DNA from: Alphaproteobacteria bacterium
GTDB taxonomy: Bacteria > Pseudomonadota > Alphaproteobacteria > MPNO01
DNA length: 64,000 nucleotides
Direction: 5' to 3'
Assembly (NCBI GenBank): GCA_964291675.2
Contig: OZ219865.1
Coordinates: 512,001 to 576,000, forward strand
In this document: positions 20,652 through 30,855 of the stretch, piece after piece
Layout of the letters: every line of letters starts with the position of its first letter
How positions within the stretch are numbered: the stretch's first letter is position 1
The notes under the pieces: model-generated
Seen by the model: the letters and a program-made list of their open reading frames with translations, nothing else
Database searches by the model: none
What the model was told of the DNA's origin: nothing
Position numbers and translations under genes: made by a program

Positions 20652-22910
20652 CCGCGAGTTCGATCTCTACCTGAAGACCGAGGTCCTGAACCTCGACGAC
20701 CTCGCGGCGGGCGACGCCGACCGGCTGCGCCGCGCGCTGGCGCGGATGCGCGCCGTCCGCCACGTGGCGGAGAAGATCGTCGCCTTCCTCGCGCAGTTGG
20801 AGGATTTTCAGAAGCGCCTCTGGCTCAAGAAGAAGTTCGTGCTGGAGACGCAGTGGTGCGTGACGCTGGACCGCGTGCCCGAGGCGCTCTGGCCCGAGAT
20901 CGCCGCCAACGAGGCGCAGCGCCGGGAATGGGTGGAGCTGTTCGCCATCGACGAGGTCGCGGGCGATCCTGACGGCCGCGGTTCGGGCGATGGGCCGTTT
21001 CTGTTCGAGGACGCGTCCGCGCGCTACGGCGACGAGATTGGCGACGGCGAGCCGCTGAGCGCGGCGTTCCTGAAGGGCAACACACATCTGGTGTTGGACA
21101 CGCGCCATTTCGACACGGGCTTCCGCGACCGGCTGCTGGCGGCGCTTTCCGATGCCGGGCCGCTCGACGAGCAGACCGATGGGCTGCTGATCCACGGAGA
21201 GAACTTCCAGGCGCTGAACCTGTTGCAGGCGCGGTATGCGGGGCAGGTGAAGTGCGTGTATGTCGATCCGCCGTACAATACAGATTCGTCACCCATAATG
21301 TACAAGAACGATCTAAAGGATTCATCCTATTTGTCATTGATGGAAGATCGCTTACGCCTTGCAAAATCGATTCTTATGAACAATGGGATTCTGTGCTGTG
21401 CGATAGATGATGAAGAGGTAAATAATCTACGTATCCTGTTGAGTCAGGTATTCGATAAGGAGATCGGCATTGCTCCTGTTCGTTCCACACCAATTGGTCG
21501 GACTTCCCGTGGCAAGTTATCACCAACGCATGAGTACGCATTATTTTATGGAAGCAACGGTGCTGTTCCTGGATCGCTAGAGAAAACAGAAAAACAAAAG
21601 GACCGCTATCCTTATTCCGATCGGCAAGGAAGATATGCTTGGCGTAATCTTATTCGTACCGGGACAAATGATCTTCGGGTTGACAGGCCGAAACAGTACT
21701 ATCCGATCTATGTCGGTGCTGACAACAAGCTACGTATTCCCAAAATGAAGTGGCGCGAAGATGAATTAAAATATGAAATCCTGGAGCATGCTGCCGAGAA
21801 TGAGACCGTGGTTTGGCCTATTGGCGGCAACGGTGGAGAGAAAATAGAAAAGCGCTGGGAGCGCGGTTGGGAACGAGTAGCGAAAGAAATAGAGATTCCA
21901 AATGAGTATCGCGTACGAAGAGAGGTGGACGACACTGGAGAGGAGAGGGTGCACATTGACTTCGTTCAACGCATGGATCCATCTTCAGCACCCAAGACCT
22001 GGTGGGGGGATGCAAAATACGCGTCATCCAACTACGGTGCCATGGTCCTAAAGGACCTTTTTGGGGCGAGCTCATTCGACTTCGCCAAGTCGGTATCCTT
22101 AGTGAAGGATTGCATTCTCGCATCTGGAGGCGGTGAAGAGAGGACTCAAGTAGTCGACTTTTTTGCCGGCTCCGGCACCACCGGCCAAGCGGTCATAGAC
22201 TTGAATCGGGAGAACGGCGGTGAACGCAAGTACATCCTAGTGGAGATGGGCAACCATTTCGACACTGTAATGCTTCCGCGTCTCAAGAAGGTCGCCTATT
22301 CCCCTGACTGGAACGCAGGCAAGCCCGTCGCGCGCGACAAGGGCGTGTCGCACCTCGTCCGCTATGTCCGCCTCGAATCCTACGAGGACACGCTGGACGG
22401 GCTGGTCCTGGCGCCGCCGGAGGGCGACCTGCTGGCCGGGAGCGCTCCCGCGTTGGCAGAGGACTATCGACTGCGCTACGCGCTGGGCGCGGAAACTGCT
22501 GCCAGCCCCTGCCTGCTGGGCGGCGCCTTCGCCGATCCCTTTGCCTACACCCTCTCCGTAGTGCGCGACGGCGCGCGCCGCGAGACGCCGGCCGACCTCC
22601 CCGAGACCTTCAACCTCCTGCTCGGCCTGCGCGTCGAGTCCCGCCGCCGCATCGACGGCGTGCTCGCCATCGCCGGCCGGGATTCCCAGGGGCAACGCTG
22701 CCTCATCCTCTGGCGCAACCTGAAGACCATGGACAACGACGCGCTGGAGGGGTGGTTCGCCGGGCACAGGGCGTACCTCCCCGACGCGCTCGATCTTGTC
22801 TACGTCAACGGCGACCACACCCTGAACGCCATCCGCCAAGAGGACGAAACCTGGACCGCCGAGACCATCGAACCGCTGTTTCGCGAACTGATGTTCGAGG
22901 CCAACGAGCG

Positions 22911-23798
22911 ATGACGGCAGACAAGAATGGGGATTTCTACAAGCTGACCTTCTCCCAGCGTGAAGGAAAAGCGCCGTTACCCGAGGCTATGAAACTGGAA
23001 TATATCCCACGAAAATTCAGGCAACTCGTTTGGCTTTGTGTTGATAGATGTATAGGCGATGCAACTGATCTATTTACGTCGTCCTACAGAACAAACGAGA
23101 GTATAGCTGGGATACTATGGCGGTTTAGGTTTGAATTACAAGAGATTCCTCATGATGAGATTCCTGGTCCAAACCCAAAGAGTGACAGGAAATTTTGTCG
23201 AGATATAATTTTGCACGGAGATTATCACGGACTTCTGACATTTGTGGAGTACATTCTTCGCCAGGATGATTGTCCCGAGAAACTGCGGGAGTCACTGGTG
23301 AGCGAATTCGAGCGGACTCCGATTGCTTACTATGTGGATGCTGACGGTATGTCAACGATCATGCCGCGGATCAGTCGCGAGGCCGGTGAGGCAACACGAA
23401 AAGCCGTCGAGACAATCCGCGGAGGCGGCATGGACGGTGCGGCAGCGCATCTGCGTGATGCAGCAGAACACATTAGCGCCGGACAACATGCCGATTCGAT
23501 TACCGACAGCATTCACGCGGTCGAATCCGTCGCTCGCACGATCGACCCGAAGTCCAGCAAGACCTTGGGACCGGCGCTGGACTCCCTGGAGAAGGCGGGA
23601 GTCCTGAAACATCCGGCGCTCAAGCAAGCATTCGACAGGTTGTACGGCTACACGAACACCGAACAAGGCATCCGCCACGCCTTGCTCGACAAGGGCGCTG
23701 CCGATGTCGGCCTCAACGAGGCCATCTTCATGTTCGGAGCCTGCGCGTCCTTTGCAGCTTATCTCACCGAGAAGCACCGGCAGGCCGGTGGCGCATGA
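22911..23798 (+). CDS. AbiJ-NTD4-like protein
   Basis: N-terminal FSQREG; C-terminal SIHAVES...TLGPAL...HPALKQAFDRLYGYT...GIRHAL; overlaps mod and res by ATGA. Confidence 0.75.
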   Translation: MTADKNGDFYKLTFSQREGKAPLPEAMKLEYIPRKFRQLVWLCVDRCIGDATDLFTSSYRTNESIAGILWRFRFELQEIPHDEIPGPNPKSDRKFCRDIILHGDYHGLLTFVEYILRQDDCPEKLRESLVSEFERTPIAYYVDADGMSTIMPRISREAGEATRKAVETIRGGGMDGAAAHLRDAAEHISAGQHADSITDSIHAVESVARTIDPKSSKTLGPALDSLEKAGVLKHPALKQAFDRLYGYTNTEQGIRHALLDKGAADVGLNEAIFMFGACASFAAYLTEKHRQAGGA

Positions 23799-26700
23799 CG
23801 CCCCTCGAAAACCGCCTTGTCCTGCACAGCTTCCTCTGCCGCGAGTTCGGCCACGGCGACCTGGACGCCATGCTCGACCGACTGCGGGACGTACCGGCCG
23901 GGTTCGCCACGGGCGGAGAGAGCGAGTATGCGAAAGCACTCTACCTGAACCCGGAACGGGCCGAGGTCGCTCCTGACCGCTTCGCCGATTACGACGCGGA
24001 GATCGCAACGCTGAGCCAGCGGCTGCGCATGACCGCCGAGCACGGACGGGGTTGGAAGCCGCACCAGTGGCTCGCCCTGCTGTTCGCCGAGCACTACCTG
24101 CGCCGCTACTTCGACGACCCGGAGGCGCTGCGCGACGCGCTGAACGACGCGAAGCGGCAAGACCCGCTTACCCGGCCAATGCCGGACTACACGGTGGCGG
24201 ATCTGCGCACTGTCGCCGTGCAGTCCGCCACCGGCTCGGGCAAGACGCTGGTCATGCACGCGCACATCCTGCAATACCGCCGTCTCGCACGCGCGGCGGG
24301 ACGCCCGCCCAACAACGTCATCCTCGTGACGCCGAACGAGCAGCTTTCGGCACAGCACGAACGCGAGCTGCTGGCGAGCAACCTGCCCGCCCGGCTGTTC
24401 TCCAGCGAGGTCGGCGCCGACCTGCTGGCACCCATCGAGATCATCGACCTCAACAAGCTCGCGGAGAAGAAGGGCGTGAAGCGCGTCGCCGTGAGCGACT
24501 TCGGGGACAATAACCTCGTGCTGGTGGACGAAGGGCACCTCGGCGCCTCGGGCAAGGTCTGGCGCCAGCGCCGGGCGGAGCTCGCGCGCGGCGGCTTCGC
24601 GTTCGAGTACTCCGCCACCTTCAACCAGATCGTCAGCAGCGACGAGAGCCTGCGCGACGCCTACGGCAAGTGCCTGCTGTTCGACTACCCCTACCGCGCC
24701 TTCCACCGGGACGGCTACGGCAAGGACTACGCCATCTCCAACCTGCCGCAGGGGGCGGAGGACGAGAACAGCGACATGTACCTGCTGGGCTGTCTGCTGA
24801 GCTTCTATCGCCAATGCCGGATATGGCGCGAGGGGCACGCCGGCTGGACGGACTTCAACGTGACCCGACCGCTCTGGGTGTTCCTCGGCAAGACGGTGAC
24901 CGGCAGCGCCAAGGCGGATCGGGAGACCAGATCGGACGTCGTGCGGATTCTCGGCTTTCTCGGCTGGATGCTGGCCCGCAGCAACGCGGTGCAGCCGATG
25001 ATCGCACGGCTTCTGGCCGGCGAATCGGGCTTGGCCGACGACGCGGGCAGCGACTTCTTTGCGGGCCGCTTCGACGACCTGAAGGGCGACGGCACGGCGT
25101 CCCTCTACGACGACATCTGCGAGACCCTGTTCCACGGTCCAGGGCGGCTGCATGTCCGCTATTTGACCCAAGGCGAGGGCGAGCTCCACCTGCGCACCGC
25201 CGACAACGCGCCCTTCGGCGTGGTCAATGTCGGGGACTCGGCGGCGCTCTACAGGTTGCTGGCGGAGGGAAACCACCCCGATCTCGACCTCGAACGCGAG
25301 GTCGGGTTCGCCCGGCGGCTGTTCGCCGACGTGGACCGGACCGATTCGACCGTTAACGTGGTGATCGGTGCGCGGCGCTTCATCGCCGGCTGGAACTCCT
25401 GGCGCGTGAGCACCATGGGGCTGATGCATGTCGGCGTCGGCGAGGGGCCGGAAATCATCCAGATGTTCGGCCGCGGGGTGCGCCTGAAAGGCCGGGACAT
25501 GAGCCTGAAGCGCCACCGCGAGAGCGGCGTCGAGCCGCCCGCCGACGGCGACCGGCTGGCGGAGTTGGAGACGCTGCGTATCTTCGGCCTGCGCGCCACC
25601 TACATGCAGACCTTCCGCGAGCTGTTGCAAAAGGACGGAATCGGCGTGGAGCGGGAGACCGTCGTCCTGCCCGTGACCTGGAACTTCGCGCGGAAGGACC
25701 TGAAGATCATCCGGCTCAGGGAGGGCGCGAAGTACGACTGTTCCGACGACCGGGCCGTCCTGCCGGAACCCGGCGGCAGGGACAGCCCGACCGCCGAGCT
25801 GGACCTTTATTCGCGGTTGCAAGCCGTCGAGTCCGGCGTCGGGCCGGCCGCCGAGCGAGCGGAGAAGGCGCCGGTCACGCTCGCACGGCATCATGTCGCC
25901 CTGTTCGACCGGACGCGCGTCTACGACGCCCTGCTGGCGCGCAAGCGGCGGATGGGCTGGCACAACCTGGCCATCGACCGCGCGACTGTGGATGCGCTGC
26001 TGGACCGGGACGACTGGTACACGCTCTATCTGCCGCCGGAGCGATGCGCGCCGAAGAGCTACGCGGACCTGCGGAAGCTGGAGGAGGTCGCGGTCGATCT
26101 GATCGCCGAGTACGCTGCCCGATTCTGGACGGGCCGGCGCCGACGCTGGGAGCACGAGAACATCGAGGTCGTGACGCTCGACGAGGACGACCCCAACAAC
26201 ATCCGGGAATACCGGCTCTCGGTGGACGCGGCGGACGAGCGGTTGGTCGACGACGTCCGCTCCCTCGCCGCCAACCTGCGGGAGGGAGAGGACCGCAAGC
26301 TGAAGCTCGGCGTCGTCATGGCCGACAACCACGCGTACAAGCCCCTCCTGTACGCGACCGGGAAAGGCGAGGTCACCGTGCAGCCCGTGCCGCTGGACTG
26401 CAACGAGCGGAAGGTCGTCGACGGGCTGGTCGCGCTGGCGCGGGCGGCGGACCCCTGCCTGCGTGGGCGGGAGCTCTTCCTGATCCGCAACCTCACGCGA
26501 GGCCGGGGCGTGTCGTTCTTCGACGACTATGCCTACTACCCCGACTTCATCGTCTGGCTGAAGGACGACGCGTGCCAGCACGTCGCCTTCCTCGACCCGA
26601 AGGGCCTGGCCCGCTACGGCCCGGCGGAGCGCGGCAAGGTCGCATTGCACACCACCATCAAGGAGACCGAGGCGCGGGTGCGCATGACCGACCCGGACTT

Positions 26701-26848
26701 GCGCTTGCACGCCTTCGTCCTCTCCGTCACGGCGCCCGGCGAAATCGGCGACGAACCGCGTACAGTGAGCGAGTGGCAGGATCGGGGCGTCCATTTCCTG
26801 GAGCGTCCGGATTGGGCGCAACGGTTGATCGGGTGCATGCTCGATTGA
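23795..26848 (+). CDS. res: type III restriction endonuclease/helicase subunit (Res)
   Basis: ATGSGKT, VDEGH, YSATF, GWNSWRVS, QMFGRGVRL; C-terminal YPDFIVW...LDPKG nuclease motif. Confidence 0.93.
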   Translation: MTPLENRLVLHSFLCREFGHGDLDAMLDRLRDVPAGFATGGESEYAKALYLNPERAEVAPDRFADYDAEIATLSQRLRMTAEHGRGWKPHQWLALLFAEHYLRRYFDDPEALRDALNDAKRQDPLTRPMPDYTVADLRTVAVQSATGSGKTLVMHAHILQYRRLARAAGRPPNNVILVTPNEQLSAQHERELLASNLPARLFSSEVGADLLAPIEIIDLNKLAEKKGVKRVAVSDFGDNNLVLVDEGHLGASGKVWRQRRAELARGGFAFEYSATFNQIVSSDESLRDAYGKCLLFDYPYRAFHRDGYGKDYAISNLPQGAEDENSDMYLLGCLLSFYRQCRIWREGHAGWTDFNVTRPLWVFLGKTVTGSAKADRETRSDVVRILGFLGWMLARSNAVQPMIARLLAGESGLADDAGSDFFAGRFDDLKGDGTASLYDDICETLFHGPGRLHVRYLTQGEGELHLRTADNAPFGVVNVGDSAALYRLLAEGNHPDLDLEREVGFARRLFADVDRTDSTVNVVIGARRFIAGWNSWRVSTMGLMHVGVGEGPEIIQMFGRGVRLKGRDMSLKRHRESGVEPPADGDRLAELETLRIFGLRATYMQTFRELLQKDGIGVERETVVLPVTWNFARKDLKIIRLREGAKYDCSDDRAVLPEPGGRDSPTAELDLYSRLQAVESGVGPAAERAEKAPVTLARHHVALFDRTRVYDALLARKRRMGWHNLAIDRATVDALLDRDDWYTLYLPPERCAPKSYADLRKLEEVAVDLIAEYAARFWTGRRRRWEHENIEVVTLDEDDPNNIREYRLSVDAADERLVDDVRSLAANLREGEDRKLKLGVVMADNHAYKPLLYATGKGEVTVQPVPLDCNERKVVDGLVALARAADPCLRGRELFLIRNLTRGRGVSFFDDYAYYPDFIVWLKDDACQHVAFLDPKGLARYGPAERGKVALHTTIKETEARVRMTDPDLRLHAFVLSVTAPGEIGDEPRTVSEWQDRGVHFLERPDWAQRLIGCMLD

Positions 26849-27003
26849 ATCGGCAGTTGCCGCGGCATCGTGTTCCGCATTGTCAGCAATCGGGAAGATG
26901 CGCGACGTCCGGTAAGGGAAGAGCGACATAAACAGACAATCGACCGCGATCGTCGAACGACAGGAAGACGGATACGTCGCGCTTTTCCCGGAAGTGGATT
27001 TCG

Positions 27004-27109
27004 CTAGAGCATTACAGGCTGGCCTCCTTCACCGGCCCGCAGTTTGGACCACGAATCGCAAATTCTTGCGAATTCACAATTGATTCAACTGGATACGATA
27101 ATGCTCTAG
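27004..27109. mobile_element. CTAG-ended MITE related to the one at 16786
   Basis: ctagagcatta ... taatgctctag; the reverse complement of the right end, ctagagcattatcgtatccagttgaatc, resembles 16786-16813. Confidence 0.65.
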
Positions 27110-27149
27110 ACTGCCAACCGAACGATCGAACACCGATGGAGACGACCGA

Positions 27150-27992
27150 ATGAGCGCCGATCTGAGCGGCACATCGATCCTGGTCACCGGCGCCGGCCGC
27201 GGCCTGGGGCGCGAGATGGCGAATGCGCTCGCCGAGGCCGGGGCCAGCGTCGCCCTGATGGAGCGCGACCGGCCCGAGCTCGACGCGGCGGCGGCCGGGA
27301 TCGGCGGGGCGACGGATGCGGCCCGCGTGCTCGCCGTCCAGGGCGACGTGACCGACGCGGACGACGCGGCGCGGGCGGTCGCCGAGGTGAACGGCGCCTT
27401 CGGCAAGCTCGACATGCTGGTCAACAACGCCGCGCTCGGCCCGCAGGAGCACTCGCCCACCAACACCGCGCCGCGCCGGCCGATCTGGGAGGCCGATCTC
27501 GATCTCTGGCTGGCGACGCTCTCGGTCAACGCGTCGGGCCCCTACATCATGACCCGCGCCGCCTTGCCCGGCATGCTGGAACGCAATTGGGGGCGGATCG
27601 TCAACGTGACCACCAGCCTGGACACGATGATCAACCCGGGGCTCGGCCCCTACGGCCCGGCCAAGGCGGCGACCGAGGCGCTCACCTCCATCCTCGCCTT
27701 CGAGCTCGAGGAGACCGGGGTGACGGCCAACGTGCTGGTCCCCGGCGGGCGGGCCAATACGCGGATGATTCCGGCCGACGGCAAGTACACCGACCGCAGC
27801 TACCTGATCCAGCCCGAGGTGATGCGCGCCCCCATCGTCTGGCTCGCCTCGCGGGCGACCGACGAGGTCAACGGAAGGCGCTTCCGCGCGGCGCTGTTCG
27901 ACCCCGACATCCCGCCCGCGGACGCGGCCGAGAAGGCGGGCGCGCCGGTCGCCTGGCGCGACCTGATGGGCCAGACCATCCACTACATCTGA
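27150..27992 (+). CDS. short-chain dehydrogenase/reductase
   Basis: TGAGRGLG, LVNNAA, YGPAK. Confidence 0.95.
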   Translation: MSADLSGTSILVTGAGRGLGREMANALAEAGASVALMERDRPELDAAAAGIGGATDAARVLAVQGDVTDADDAARAVAEVNGAFGKLDMLVNNAALGPQEHSPTNTAPRRPIWEADLDLWLATLSVNASGPYIMTRAALPGMLERNWGRIVNVTTSLDTMINPGLGPYGPAKAATEALTSILAFELEETGVTANVLVPGGRANTRMIPADGKYTDRSYLIQPEVMRAPIVWLASRATDEVNGRRFRAALFDPDIPPADAAEKAGAPVAWRDLMGQTIHYI

Positions 27993-27996
27993 TTCC

Positions 27997-29139
27997 GTGC
28001 CGGGCGGCGGGCGCATCCTCACCACCCATGTCGGCAGCCTGCCGCGCCCCGACGCCCTGGCCTCGCTCCTGCTCAGGAAGGAGCGCGGCGAGGATTACGA
28101 CCCCGGGGAGCTCGACCGGCTGACCGACGCGGCGGTGCGCGAGGCGGTCGCCGGACAGCGCGCCATCGGCCTCGACATCGTCAATGACGGCGAGGTCGGG
28201 CGCACCGGCTACGCCACCTATGTGCAGGACCGGCTCACCGGGTTCTCGGGCGAGAGCCCGTCGCTCCGCTTCGACGATTTGAGCGACTTCCCCGCCTGGC
28301 GCCGCCGCATGGGCGAGGCGGCCGGCACGCGGCGGCTGCACCGCCCGCGCTGCACCGGCCCGGTCGCGCTCGCGGACGCAGCGCCGCTCGCCCGCGAGAT
28401 CGGGCGGCTGAGCGCGGCGCTCGCCGATGCCGGCGCCGCGGCGGGCTTCATGAACGCCGCCTCGCCCGGGGTGATCGCCATCTTCCAGGCGAACGATTTC
28501 TATCCCGACACGGACTCCTATCTCGCCGCGCTCGCCCGGGCGATGAAGCCCGAATACGAGGCCATCGCCGATGCCGGGCTGATCCTGCAGATCGACTGCC
28601 CCGACCTCGCCATGGGACGGCACGTGGTCTACAGCGCGGACGACGACGCAACCTTCCTGCGCCGCGCGGCGATGCAGGTCGAGGTGCTCAACGCGGCGCT
28701 GGAGAACGTGCCCGCCGAGCGCGCCCGGCTGCATGTCTGCTGGGGCAATTACGAGGGGCCGCATCACCGCGACATCCCGCTCGCGGCCATCGCCGACGTG
28801 CTCAAGTCCGCCAGGCCGCAGGGCCTGCTGTTCGAGGCGGCCAACCCGCGCCACGCCCATGAGTGGACCGTGTTCCGCGACCGCCGCGGCTGGGAAGACA
28901 AGGTCCTGATCCCGGGCGTCATCGATTCGACCACCAACTATGTCGAGCACCCCGAGCTGGTCGCCGAGCGAATCGGGCGCTTCGTCGACCTCGCCGGCGC
29001 CGAGCGGGTCGTCGCCGGCACCGATTGCGGCTTCGCCACCTTCGCCGGCATCGGCAAGGTCGACCCGGCGATCGCCCGGCTCAAGCTCGCCGCCCTGGTC
29101 GAGGGCGCGGAGATCGCGAGCCGCCGGCTCAACCGCTGA
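27997..29139 (+). CDS. cobalamin-independent methionine synthase II family protein
   Basis: TTHVGSLPRP, NDGE, HVCWGNY, GTDCGF. Confidence 0.92.
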   Translation: MPGGGRILTTHVGSLPRPDALASLLLRKERGEDYDPGELDRLTDAAVREAVAGQRAIGLDIVNDGEVGRTGYATYVQDRLTGFSGESPSLRFDDLSDFPAWRRRMGEAAGTRRLHRPRCTGPVALADAAPLAREIGRLSAALADAGAAAGFMNAASPGVIAIFQANDFYPDTDSYLAALARAMKPEYEAIADAGLILQIDCPDLAMGRHVVYSADDDATFLRRAAMQVEVLNAALENVPAERARLHVCWGNYEGPHHRDIPLAAIADVLKSARPQGLLFEAANPRHAHEWTVFRDRRGWEDKVLIPGVIDSTTNYVEHPELVAERIGRFVDLAGAERVVAGTDCGFATFAGIGKVDPAIARLKLAALVEGAEIASRRLNR

Positions 29140-29228
29140 TCGCGCGGCGTGGACGACTCTCGCGCGGTTTGCTATCGTGCCCCGGCCATAACGCAGAGAC
29201 ATGGCATGCGCGTGCAGGAGTTCGCGTA

Positions 29229-29555
29229 ATGGACCCGGTGCAGATCACGATGCTGGGCGTGGGCGTGGCGCTGGCCGCGCTGACCGTCACGCTGATCGGA
29301 TCGCTGCGCCGGGACATCGACAAGCGTTTCGACGCCAACGAGAAGCGTTTCGAGGAACGTTTCGACGGCATCGACAAGCGCCTCGACGGCATCGACAAGC
29401 GCCTCGACGGCATCGACAGGCGCATCGACGGCATCGATGCGCGCCTGCGTGCGGTCGAACAGGTCCTGTCCGAGATGAAAGGCAGGTTCGCGTTCGTGGA
29501 GAGCTACATCCTCCGTCGTACCGAGACGGTTGCCGGCGAAGCCCCGGTCGAGTAG
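29229..29555 (+). CDS. small N-terminal TM + coiled-coil protein, copy 1 (108 aa)
   Basis: RBS aggag; MDPVQITMLGVGVALAALTVTLIG; DGIDKRL heptads. Confidence 0.85.
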   Translation: MDPVQITMLGVGVALAALTVTLIGSLRRDIDKRFDANEKRFEERFDGIDKRLDGIDKRLDGIDRRIDGIDARLRAVEQVLSEMKGRFAFVESYILRRTETVAGEAPVE

Positions 29556-29747
29556 CGGCGGCGTGAAGCCCGCCGCGCACGCCGCCCTCCCTTCCGGCTG
29601 AAGCTCGCCGCCTTGGTCGAGGGCGCGGAGATCGCGAGCCGCCGGCTCAACCCCCGATCGCCGCGGCGTGGACGACTCTCGCGCGGTTTGCTATCGTGCC
29701 CCGTCCATGACGAAAAGACATGGCATGCGCGTGCAGGAGTTCGCGTA

Positions 29748-30161
29748 ATGGACCCGGTGCAGATCACGATGCTGGGCGTGGGCGTGGCGCTGGCCGCGCT
29801 GATCGTCACGATGATCGGATCGTTGCGCCGGGATATCGACAGACGGTTCGAAGGCGTCGACAAGCGTTTCGACGCCAACGAGAAGCGCTTCGACGATCGC
29901 TTCGACGCCAACGAGAAGCGCTTCGACGATCGCATCGACGGTATCGAGAAGCGCTTCGAGGAACGTTTCGACGGCATCGACAAGCGCCTCGACGGCATCG
30001 ACAAGCGCATCGACGGCATCGACAAGCGTATCGACGGCATCGATGCGCGCCTGCATTCGGTCGAACAGGTCCTGTCCGAGATGAAAGGCAGGTTCGCGTT
30101 CGTGGAGAGCTACATCCTCCGTCGTACCGAGACGGTCGCCGGCGAAGCCCCGGTCGAGTAG
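29748..30161 (+). CDS. small N-terminal TM + coiled-coil protein, copy 2 (137 aa)
   Basis: Paralog of copy 1 with extra repeat units. Confidence 0.85.
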   Translation: MDPVQITMLGVGVALAALIVTMIGSLRRDIDRRFEGVDKRFDANEKRFDDRFDANEKRFDDRIDGIEKRFEERFDGIDKRLDGIDKRIDGIDKRIDGIDARLHSVEQVLSEMKGRFAFVESYILRRTETVAGEAPVE

Positions 30162-30353
30162 CGGCGGCGTGAAGCCCGCCGCGCACGCCGCCCTCCCTTC
30201 CGGCTGAAGCTCGCCGCCCCGGTCGAGGGCGCGGAGATCGCGAGCCGCCGGCTCAACCCCCGATCGCCGCGGCGTGGACGACTCTCGCGCGGTTTGCTAT
30301 CGTGCCCCGTCCATGACGAAAAGACATGGCATGCGCGTGCAGGAGTTCGCGTA

Positions 30354-30671
30354 ATGGACCCGGTGCAGATCACGATGCTGGGCGTGGGCGTGGCGCTGGC
30401 CGCGCTGACCGTCACGCTGATCGGATCGCTGCGCCGGGACATCGACAAGCGTTTCGACGCCCTCGACAAGCGCTTCGACGATCGCCTCGACCGGTTCGAG
30501 AAGCGTCTTGAGGAACGTTTCGACGGCATGGAGAAGCGCCTCGACGGCATCGATGCGCGCCTGCGCCTGGTCGAACAGGGTCTGGCCGAGATGCTGGGCA
30601 GGCTTGCCTTCGTGCAGAGCTACATCCTCGACCGCGCCGAAACGGCCGCCGGAGAAGCGCCGGCGGGATAG
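30354..30671 (+). CDS. small N-terminal TM + coiled-coil protein, copy 3 (105 aa)
   Basis: Paralog with a more diverged C-terminus. Confidence 0.85.
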   Translation: MDPVQITMLGVGVALAALTVTLIGSLRRDIDKRFDALDKRFDDRLDRFEKRLEERFDGMEKRLDGIDARLRLVEQGLAEMLGRLAFVQSYILDRAETAAGEAPAG

Positions 30672-30855
30672 CGGCGGTGTGACGCCCGCGGCGCTCACCG
30701 ACCGCCCGTTCAGCCCCTCGGCGCGTCCGGCTCGATCCGGCAATCGCGGCGCACCCCGCCTTCCGTCGCACTGCCCTCGGCGAGGTCGCCCGCGATGCGT
30801 TCGGGCGCCCGCCGTGCCGAACCGTCGTAGCCCCCCGCCGGCGCCCCGCATCGCT

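Larger units (their letters stand above)
29083..30671 (+). repeat. three-unit direct repeat (units start at 29083, 29601, 30207)
   Basis: Each unit begins aagctcgccgcc..ggtcgagggcgcggagatcgcgagccgccggctcaacc, then a shared leader, then a paralogous ORF. Confidence 0.95.

Noticed and set aside
23759-26929. 1056-aa antisense ORF and similar long antisense or shadow ORFs across the window
   Set aside because: They mirror well-supported genes on the other strand or frame, as expected from high GC at third codon positions.
29335-29440. 21-bp repeats as CRISPR repeats or a non-coding VNTR
   Set aside because: They are coding heptads of the coiled-coil proteins.
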